A DNA stretch of 64,000 bases, from contig PGZC01000006.1 of NCBI GenBank assembly GCA_002839995.1, positions 5,804 through 69,803 of the forward strand, written 5' to 3'. The DNA comes from Gammaproteobacteria bacterium HGW-Gammaproteobacteria-4 (GTDB lineage Bacteria > Pseudomonadota > Gammaproteobacteria > Xanthomonadales > Xanthomonadaceae). Each line of letters starts with the position of its first letter. Position 1 is the stretch's first letter. The position numbers and the translations under genes are program-made. A model generated the notes under the pieces. That model was not told the origin of the DNA, searched no databases, and saw only the letters and a list, made by a program, of their open reading frames with translations. Below are positions 46,501 through 56,200 of this stretch, piece by piece.

Positions 46501-49500
46501 CGAGGCCGCTGCCGAACGCGTCGCCGGCTCTCATGGGAGCCGGCGCGGATTGAAACAACGCCGTGGTGCAGGAGTTTTTGCCATCCGGCCCGTCGCCGGC
46601 TCTCATGGGAGCCGGCGCGGATTGAAACAGGGCGTCTCGCGCATCGAAGCGCTGTGGCTGGGCAGTCGCCGGCTCTCATGGGAGCCGGCGCGGATTGAAA
46701 CGTCGCGTTGGCGGTCAATGCCGGGCTGGTCAAAGTCGCCGGCTCTCATGGGAGCCGGCGCGGATTGAAACATCATGCTCGAATTCGAGGAAACCGCATA
46801 ATGCGCGTCGCCGGCTCTCATGGGAGCCGGCGCGGATTGAAACGCGCGTGAGGCAGGCATCGCGCATGTCAGACAACGGTCGCCGGCTCTCATGGGAGCC
46901 GGCGCGGATTGAAACGATCCGCGTCAACCTCGACGCGCGCGGCATCATGTCGCCGGCTCTCATGGGAGCCGGCGCGGATTGAAACGGGGTAGTGCTCGAC
47001 ATCGTAGCTGATGCCATCGTCGCCGGCTCTCATGGGAGCCGGCGCGGATTGAAACCTGCCAGGTTGGGATTGGCGCTGGTGGAAAGCCCGTCGCCGGCTC
47101 TCATGGGAGCCGGCGCGGATTGAAACTCGCCCGTAGACGACCCGCCGCCCTGACCACCCCGTCGCCGGCTCTCATGGGAGCCGGCGCGGATTGAAACGGT
47201 TGCGAGCAATGCGGCGCGGGCCTTGGCCTGATGTCGCCGGCTCTCATGGGAGCCGGCGCGGATTGAAACGCGCTCAACGCCGGCGTCGCCGGCAGCGACA
47301 TCGTCGCCGGCTCTCATGGGAGCCGGCGCGGATTGAAACCAGGTTGGGCAGATCACCAACCTGCGCGATCAAGTCGCCGGCTCTCATGGGAGCCGGCGCG
47401 GATTGAAACTGGCGCAAGCGCAAGCACGTCGGCGCGCACGTCGGCGTCGCCGGCTCTCATGGGAGCCGGCGCGGATTGAAACGCGCCCGTAGACGACCCG
47501 CCGCCCTGACCACCCGTCGCCGGCTCTCATGGGAGCCGGCGCGGATTGAAACCCCAAGCCCGCACGTGTAGGGCACCCCCGCTGGCTGTCGCCGGCTCTC
47601 ATGGGAGCCGGCGCGGATTGAAACCCGCGAAACGCGAGGGTGAGAAAGACGCGCGCGCGGGTCGCCGGCTCTCATGGGAGCCGGCGCGGATTGAAACGCA
47701 GGCGCCGAGGTACAGCACACCATGCGGTCCAGTCGCCGGCTCTCATGGGAGCCGGCGCGGATTGAAACTACCCGTACACCAGCACGATGCCGATCGACGG
47801 GATCGTCGCCGGCTCTCATGGGAGCCGGCGCGGATTGAAACAGACGTATACACCAACTCGCCGGCCTGGCGTTGCGTCGCCGGCTCTCATGGGAGCCGGC
47901 GCGGATTGAAACTCGTTGCCGTAGTACGCAATCAGGAATGCGCGAACGTCGCCGGCTCTCATGGGAGCCGGCGCGGATTGAAACAACGATCTCGCTGCAG
48001 AAACTACAGCCGCTGCAGGTCGCCGGCTCTCATGGGAGCCGGCGCGGATTGAAACCAGCGCAACGATGTCGTCCCACACTGGCGCCGCGTCGCCGGCTCT
48101 CATGGGAGCCGGCGCGGATTGAAACCACGCTGCGGCGATCGCGCTGCGCGCGGCTGGAGTCGCCGGCTCTCATGGGAGCCGGCGCGGATTGAAACTGGCC
48201 GCTACCCGTACGGATCGGCCCCTGACGTAGTCGCCGGCTCTCATGGGAGCCGGCGCGGATTGAAACGACAAGGGAATCAAAGGCATGCTCCGCGGCTTTA
48301 TGTCGCCGGCTCTCATGGGAGCCGGCGCGGATTGAAACCTCCATCGAGCGGGTGAGCGTGGGCAGGGCGAGCTCGTCGCCGGCTCTCATGGGAGCCGGCG
48401 CGGATTGAAACTGTACGTCGATGTCGATCTCGACGTCGTGCCCATGTCGCCGGCTCTCATGGGAGCCGGCGCGGATTGAAACCACCCGGCGCGCTGATAC
48501 TCACGTGTGGCGTTGGTCGCCGGCTCTCATGGGAGCCGGCGCGGATTGAAACGCAGTTTTTGCGGAGTTGGCGATTGGTAGCGTTACGTCGCCGGCTCTC
48601 ATGGGAGCCGGCGCGGATTGAAACATGGCCAACAATTGAGTAGCAAACTGCAGCACGAAGTCGCCGGCTCTCATGGGAGCCGGCGCGGATTGAAACATCA
48701 ACGATCGCCTGGCTGAAACCTTCGAAGATCGTCGCCGGCTCTCATGGGAGCCGGCGCGGATTGAAACGGTTTTGCCGCTGCTGCCACGCGGCTTCGGTGG
48801 CGTCGCCGGCTCTCATGGGAGCCGGCGCGGATTGAAACATCACCAAACGTGGTGACCGATTGCAGGCTCGAGTCGCCGGCTCTCATGGGAGCCGGCGCGG
48901 ATTGAAACAACATCGACCTGACCGCCAACCCAGCCGCCGCAAGGGTCGCCGGCTCTCATGGGAGCCGGCGCGGATTGAAACGTGGCCATGGCGGTCATCT
49001 CTGGTGAGTTGGTTCGTCGCCGGCTCTCATGGGAGCCGGCGCGGATTGAAACCGGCGCGCGTGGACGCTGCGCCCTGGCGACACCGGTCGCCGGCTCTCA
49101 TGGGAGCCGGCGCGGATTGAAACGAACTGAGCAAGCGAGGCCGCTGATGCTTAACCGTCGCCGGCTCTCATGGGAGCCGGCGCGGATTGAAACACGAAGA
49201 TCGGCCGCGACGTGTTCCCCAAGGCGCAAGGTCGCCGGCTCTCATGGGAGCCGGCGCGGATTGAAACAGCCGGTGCCGGAGGGTGGCAAATGAAACGCCT
49301 TGTCGCCGGCTCTCATGGGAGCCGGCGCGGATTGAAACATGGCCGCCCGGCTGCTCGTACCGGCGCACCCGTGGTCGCCGGCTCTCATGGGAGCCGGCGC
49401 GGATTGAAACGCGCAGGGAGTTTGGCTTGATCATTGGGCGTTGGTCGCCGGCTCTCATGGGAGCCGGCGCGGATTGAAACCTCGAACTCGATGGTGGCTT

Positions 49501-52183
49501 CGGTGGCGGCTGTGGTCGCCGGCTCTCATGGGAGCCGGCGCGGATTGAAACGGCAGGCGCTTGCCGCCGATGCCGATGTCGATCAGTCGCCGGCTCTCAT
49601 GGGAGCCGGCGCGGATTGAAACGCCCACGGCATCGGAATATGCAGGGTCCGGCTCGTCGCCGGCTCTCATGGGAGCCGGCGCGGATTGAAACAGGAGTCG
49701 CGCCTCGATCCGTCCGCCGTGTCGCCGTCGCCGGCTCTCATGGGAGCCGGCGCGGATTGAAACGCTGCCTCCCGGCGGCTCGCCTTTGGTCTGACTGGTC
49801 GCCGGCTCTCATGGGAGCCGGCGCGGATTGAAACTAGCTCTGGAAAACGTCAAGGTACGCGCCGGCCAGTCGCCGGCTCTCATGGGAGCCGGCGCGGATT
49901 GAAACAGTCATGACCCCAACCAGAGAGATCGACATGAGCAAGTCGCCGGCTCTCATGGGAGCCGGCCGGATTGAAACTTGGCATCATCGACGCAGGGACT
50001 GCAAGAGCAGGTCGCCGGCTCTCATGGGAGCCGGCGCGGATTGAAACAACGGCAGTGGGCCGTTGGCGTCGTTTGCCGGTCAGGGTCGCCGGCTCTCATG
50101 GGAGCCGGCGCGGATTGAAACGTCAAAACCAACGGCCTTGAGGCAGTGATCGGGGTCGCCGGCTCTCATGGGAGCCGGCGCGGATTGAAACCAAAACAAA
50201 CCCCGGGGGCCATCCATGGCCGCGCTGTCGCCGGCTCTCATGGGAGCCGGCGCGGATTGAAACCGATGGTGGCGTTGTCACCGATGGCCTGGCCATCTAG
50301 TCGCCGGCTCTCATGGGAGCCGGCGCGGATTGAAACAGCCCGACCTCGCCATGTGCAACATCGACCAGCGTCGCCGGCTCTCATGGGAGCCGGCGCGGAT
50401 TGAAACTTTCCCTGCGGATTTCCAAGGCCTATGGCGTGGGTCGCCGGCTCTCATGGGAGCCGGCGCGGATTGAAACATCGAGCGCGAAGGCGATGCTTCG
50501 GCTGCAGCGGTCGCCGGCTCTCATGGGAGCCGGCGCGGATTGAAACGCCGAGCTCGAGCTCAGCGAGTCGTGCCTTGGCCAGGTCGCCGGCTCTCATGGG
50601 AGCCGGCGCGGATTGAAACTCTGAGCAAGGCCGAGGCCCGCGCGATCGGCTGCGTCGCCGGCTCTCATGGGAGCCGGCGCGGATTGAAACCCGGCCGCGA
50701 GGACGATCGCGCCGTGGCATTGAACGGTCGCCGGCTCTCATGGGAGCCGGCGCGGATTGAAACTCCTGCGGCGTACATCCGGGTGGATCGGGTCTGACTG
50801 TCGCCGGCTCTCATGGGAGCCGGCGCGGATTGAAACATTGTTGTCTCCCGGCCGCAGGGTGCGGCGTGGGGGTCGCCGGCTCTCATGGGAGCCGGCGCGG
50901 ATTGAAACCGCGATATCTGCGGCGTACGCGACCTCGAAAACGTCGCCGGCTCTCATGGGAGCCGGCGCGGATTGAAACAGCCCGTCGATGGTGTTTGACT
51001 ACCGCGGCGCCGGCGTCGCCGGCTCTCATGGGAGCCGGCGCGGATTGAAACCCCGTGCTGCTGGAAAACACCCTGCACAAGATGGTCGCCGGCTCTCATG
51101 GGAGCCGGCGCGGATTGAAACTTCGATTACGCGAAAAATGCTCGATAGCACGGCGGGTCGCCGGCTCTCATGGGAGCCGGCGCGGATTGAAACACGCGCG
51201 GTACCGCCAAGCGACTGCGGGCCGAGGTCGCCGGCTCTCATGGGAGCCGGCGCGGATTGAAACAACGCGCAGGCCGCCGCCGGCGGTGCGGTTGCGGTCG
51301 CCGGCTCTCATGGGAGCCGGCGCGGATTGAAACCATCGGGTCGATCCACGGCATTGGCGGCGGCAGGGTCGCCGGCTCTCATGGGAGCCGGCGCGGATTG
51401 AAACATCGGCCAGTTCGTCAATGCGCGCTTTGGCGCGGGGTCGCCGGCTCTCATGGGAGCCGGCGCGGATTGAAACTTTTCCAGCTCATCTGCGGTACTC
51501 CTTGCGATTGTCGCCGGCTCTCATGGGAGCCGGCGCGGATTGAAACCCGCCAGTCCACGGTGTATCGCGGTCCATTACTGTCGCCGGCTCTCATGGGAGC
51601 CGGCGCGGATTGAAACCGTGTCGCTCCGAGACAAGCGCGACCCTATAGGAAGTCGCCGGCTCTCATGGGAGCCGGCGCGGATTGAAACCACAAACGCGGT
51701 GCGCAGACACGCATGCAGCATGGTCGCCGGCTCTCATGGGAGCCGGCGCGGATTGAAACACTCACTCGTGGACAATCATCAGCGGCACCGACTGTCGCCG
51801 GCTCTCATGGGAGCCGGCGCGGATTGAAACGAGACCGAAGAGGATGCACGCGCATTCGCCGACTGTCGCCGGCTCTCATGGGAGCCGGCGCGGATTGAAA
51901 CGCGCAAGTGCGATCACCGATATGCCAACTCGGTGTCGCCGGCTCTCATGGGAGCCGGCGCGGATTGAAACGCGAGGGCCACCAACGGGCGTTACTCGCC
52001 CACATGTCGCCGGCTCTCATGGGAGCCGGCGCGGATTGAAACTTCGTGTGCCGCAGGGTGATCGCGCCTTGCTCGGGTCGCCAGCTCTCATGGGAGCCGG
52101 CGCGGATTGAAACTTGCCAGTGCCCTGCGGCCCGTGAATGACCATGGTCGCCGGCTCTCATGGGAGCCGGCGCGGATTGAAAC
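43595..52183 (+). CRISPR. type I-C CRISPR array: 121 contiguous repeats, 120 spacers
   Basis: I walked the array repeat by repeat. The 37-nt repeat is GTCGCCGGCTCTCATGGGAGCCGGCGCGGATTGAAAC (8-bp stem GCCGGCTC/GAGCCGGC). The first copy is 43595-43631 and the last is 52147-52183. Spacers are 33-37 nt. Variant repeats are at 44521-44573, 49942-49977 and 52077-52113. Confidence 0.97.
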
Positions 52184-52524
52184 GCGTAGGCATGGATCAA
52201 TACTGGATTAGCACCAGGAGCCTATCGGACTTGAGCCGTTGCGATGAAACCGGAGCCTTCGCTTCGCTCGATCGGTTGCTTCGCAACAACGCCTGCTGCG
52301 CAGGCTACGCCGTCGACTGCTTCGCGGTTACGCGGGGCTGCGCCCGACACTTCGCCGCTATCCGGCTCGCTCGGTCGCCCACAGGGTGGGCTCCTACAAA
52401 AAACGGTTGCGCTTACCAGTAGCAGCCCACCCCGTTGGCGACCTGTCGGAAAGACCATCAATGCGTGCATTCGCACCAAACCGGCTTTCCCTCGCTACGA
52501 TCGGTCAAGTTCGACAGGCTGCTA
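52184..52524. repeat. 341-bp REP/BIME-like cluster occupying a spacer position in the array
   Basis: Lies between repeat 121 and an intact repeat at 52525. Contains CGGTTGCTTCGCAACAACGCC..., TCGCCCACAGGGTGGGCTCCTACAAAA...GTAGCAGCCCACCCCGTTGGCGAC and CGCACCAAACCGGCTTTCCCTCGCTACGATCGGTCAAG, colinear with the cluster at 30060-30290. Confidence 0.8.
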
Positions 52525-52800
52525 GTCGCCGGCTCTCATGGGAGCCGGCGCGGATTGAAACCTCATTGGGGGCCGCGTTTTCTTTTGTGATAGGGGTCGC
52601 CAGCTCTCAGGATGCTCTGAACAACCGCCATCCGCCGTCATTGCGAGCGTTCAAGCCTTTAGCCGCGAGGCCGAAGGCCGTGGCGGGAAGCAATCCAGCT
52701 CTTTGTTTTTCCGAACACTCTGGATTGCCGCGTCGCTTCGCTCCTCGCAATGACAGCTTGTTCAGAGCATCCTTCATGGGAGCGGGCGTGGATTGAAAAC
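52525..52800 (+). CRISPR. distal array remnant: one intact repeat, one spacer, one degenerate terminal repeat split by an insertion
   Basis: Repeat at 52525-52561 and a 34-nt spacer at 52562-52595. The terminal repeat is present as GTCGCCAGCTCTCA (52596-52609) plus TTCATGGGAGCGGGCGTGGATTGAAAAC (52773-52800). Confidence 0.85.
52610..52772. mobile_element. MITE-like nested-palindrome element inserted in the terminal CRISPR repeat
   Basis: 163 bp with perfect 15-bp terminal inverted repeats GGATGCTCTGAACAA / TTGTTCAGAGCATCC. Inner inverted pairs are GTCATTGCGAGCG / CGCTCCTCGCAATGAC and GCAATCCAG / CTGGATTGC. The flanking repeat halves share TCA, a possible target-site duplication. A partial relative lies at 29975-30050. 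Confidence 0.7.
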
Positions 52801-53213
52801 ACCGTGTCGGCAGTCTCGTTGAGCGAGTGCCACTCGCCACGCTGTGATAGGCTCCGGCGCAGCGGTGACCGACAGATCGGAATAGGCGCCCGGTCGCGCT
52901 GATCTTCGCAGTCGATGCGGATTTCTGGATGGAGGAACAGCCGCCCTCCCGGTCACCGCGCCTTACATCAGGCGCGCGTGCAAGGCGATGGCACCGACGT
53001 CGACGGCTCTCCATGCAAGCCGCATCGGTTCGGCGGTGATGCCCGCGCCGCGACCACAATCACACAATGACCACACCGATTCTTGTTATGAAACCAAGGT
53101 CACCGAAGGATCGGTTTTTGCTGCGTATCGTGTGTTACACATGCGCCGGTTGCCGCTGCGGCGGGCACGGGTTTGTTGATGATCAGCCGCGCTGATCGAC
53201 AGGGGATTAACGA

Positions 53214-56200
53214 ATGTCGCTACATCTCACACCGGCGAGCACGGCGCTCGCTGCGGCGATTTCCATGGCGTTGTTGGCGCCGTCGGCGCTGGCTGTCGAA
53301 AGCGATTGGCAAGCGGTCGATGGCGACTGGTTTGCGCCGGCAAACTGGAGTGCGGGTTTGCCCGGGTTGCTGGACATTGCGCGAATCGACAACGCGGGTA
53401 GCGCGCGCATCGCGGCGCCTGGAGCGCTGGCGCAGGCGCTGATCATCGGCGATAGCGGCAGCGGTTTTGTCGAGTTGGCGCCGGGCGGCGTGCTCGATGT
53501 AGGTTCCGGTACGGGCACCATCGAGTTGGCCCGAGGTGTCGGGTCGATCGGTACGCTCACTATTTCCGGTGACGCTGCCGGTACCATTCGCGCCGGCCAG
53601 ATACACGGTGACAGCGGCAGCGCGGTCCTCAACTTCGCGCACAGCGATAGTGGATACGAGTTTTTCACCACCGTCACCGGTTCGGTTTCGCTGAACCATG
53701 TCGGCAGCGGCAGCACCAGCCTTTACGGCGAGCACAGTTACAGCGGCGATACCCGGGTCGATGCCGGGCAGTTGTTCATCGAGGGCAGCATCGTTTCCCA
53801 CACGTTCGTGGGTGCCGCCGGCACGCTGGGCGGTACCGGCACGATCATGGCAACGCTCACGGTGGAAGACGGCGGCACCCTGGCGGCAGGTCGTGCCGAC
53901 ACCGGGCCGAGCATCGGCGTGCTGACCGTGGGCGATTTGTTTCTCAGCGATGACGCCTCGCTGCGCTTCGATCTCAACGCCGCCGATGGCTTGCCGGGGA
54001 TCGATGGCGATTTGATTCGCGTGGCGGCTGGCTTGAATGGCTCCAGTGGCGATCTGGTGCTCGATGGCGTGCTGCAGATCACCGATCTGGCCGGTTTCGG
54101 CATGGGCAGTTACCGCTTGTTCGAATACGACGGCACCCTGACCGACAACAGCTTGCGCATTGGGGGGATTCCGGTCACGTTCGACCCGGCGCAGTTTTTC
54201 ATCCAGACCGGCGTCGATGGCCAGGTCAACCTGATCGTCGGCGATGCCAGCGGCGTGCAGTTCTGGGACGGCGGCGGCACGGCGGGCGATGGGGTGATCG
54301 TGGGCGGCAGCGGCGTGTGGGACAACGCCAACCGCAATTTCAGCAATGCCGACGACAGCCTGGGCCTGCCATGGCGCGGAGCGATGGCGGTGTTCAACGG
54401 CGAGGGCGGCACGGTGACGCTGGGCGACGATGTTGCCTTCGAATCGTTGCAGTTCGCCAGCGATGGCTATGTCGTTACCACCGATGCGGCCAATCCGTTC
54501 GCGCTGCTGGCCGATTTCGGCGTGCGCTCGATCCGGGTCGATATCGGCAGCAGCGCCACCATTGCCGCCGCGATCCGCGGCGAGGGCATACTCGAGAAGA
54601 CGTATTTCGGCACGCTGGTGCTGACCGGCGACAACAGCTACAACGGTGGCACCATCATCCGGCAGGGCGAGTTGCATGTCGATGGCGGCGCCATCCGCCA
54701 TGCCGATTCGGGCATGAGCATCGGTGAGTTCGATCGCGATGAAGGCGCGTTGTCGATCAGCAATGGCGGTGTGGTGGAAGCCGCATTCGCCCGGCTCGCC
54801 GAGGGTCACGGCAGCGTCGGCATTGCCACGGTAACCGGCGCCGGCACGCAATGGTTGCTCGGCCAGGATATTTCGGTGGGCGTGCAGGGCGCGGGCTTCT
54901 TGAACGTCAGCGACCGCGGCAGTGTGCTCACCGCCGGGCTTTACGCAGGCGAGCGCGCCGGCAGTCGCGGCGAGGTGCTGGTGGATGGCGCCGGGACGCA
55001 AATTCTCAGCAGCGCGGATGTGTTCATTGGCGTGAACGGCGATGGCGTGCTTGCGCTGCACGAGCGCGGCGCGCTGGACGTCATGGCCGGCACCGGCACG
55101 GTCTTTCTGGGCAGCGGCACCGGCAGCGGCGAACTCGTGCTCGGCAATGGCGGCCTGGCGGGCACGCTGGTGGCGGCACAGGTGCTCGGTGGCAGCAACG
55201 CGAGTGTCGTATTCAACCATGCCGAGGCCGGTTACCAGTTCGATACGATGCTGGCAGGCGATCTGAATGTAAGCGTGCTCGGCAGCGGCAGCACCACACT
55301 GACTGCGGACAACACCTACACCGGTGCGACCCGCATCGACGGCGGACACCTGCTGGTCAATGGCCGCATCGTCGGCGATACCCAGGTCCATGCGGGCGGA
55401 CGCCTGGGTGGAGCGGGCCGTGTCGGCAATGTCGCGCTCGATGCCGGTGCGTCGATCAATCCGGGCGACGGCATCGGCACGCTTGTGGTCGATGGCGCGC
55501 TGACGTTTGCTGCCGGCGCGTTGTTGCAGGTCGATGTGGCTGCCGACGGCAGTGGCGACCGGTTGCAGGTCAGCGGTACCACCACCATCGATGGCGGCGC
55601 CGTGCAGGTGCTGGCCGGGCCGGGCGAGTTCGCTTACGAAACGCGCTACACCCTGATCGACTCGGCAGCCGGCCTCAGCGGGCAGTTCGATAGCGTCAGC
55701 AGCGATCTGGCGTTCTTCAGTTCATCGTTGGGCTACGACGCCAATCGCGCGTTCCTGCTGTTGCAGCGCAATGCAACGGCATTCGGCGATGTGGCGCAAA
55801 CCTTCAATCAACGCGCACTTGCCAACACGTTCGATCGGTTGCAGGCCACCGACCCGGTGCCGGTGCTCGACGTGATCAACGCGTTCGCCGCAGCCAACGT
55901 CGAACAGGTGGTGACGGGGCTGGAAGCAGTGTCCGGCGATGCCGCTGCGCAAAGTGCGGCGCTGCGTCTGGCCTGGGAGCAACGGCATTTCGCGCGCGTA
56001 CTCGACCGGCTCGGGCCGGCGCGTGCGGGTGCGAAAGGTACGCAAGCGCAGGGCTTCTGGATGCGCGGCGAGGCCGATTCGGGTTCGCTGGCCGACGCCA
56101 ATGCCGGCGACGCGGATTACGACGCCGGCGGCCTGAGTGTGGGTTACGACAAGGCGCTGGGCGAGCGTTGGCGCGCTGGAGTCGGCTTGGGCCTGGCGCA

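Noticed and set aside
50048-50084. Spacer 91 (AACGGCAGTGGGCCGTTGGCGTCGTTTGCCGGTCAGG) shares its first 15 nt, then 5 of the next 7, with the rpiA coding region near 3448-3470: possible self-targeting
   Set aside because: Identity breaks down after about 22 nt, so it is not a functional protospacer match. A 15-mer coincidence is plausible given about 120 GC-rich spacers against 64 kb on both strands. It may reflect an rpiA-like gene on a foreign element, but I cannot test that here.
43490-52200. Dozens of 60-170-aa ORFs on both strands with recurring peptides (RRLSWEPARIET, VAGSHGSRRGLK, SPALMGAGAD, FQSAPAPMRAGD, VSIRAGSHESRR)
   Set aside because: These are translations of the 37-nt CRISPR repeat in different frames joined through spacers. 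They are not genes.
52607-53059. 150-aa minus-strand ORF and other short ORFs in the array trailer / autotransporter upstream region
   Set aside because: It runs through the MITE-like element and the degenerate repeat, and has Arg-rich, non-coding-like composition. No family resemblance and no plausible RBS noticed.
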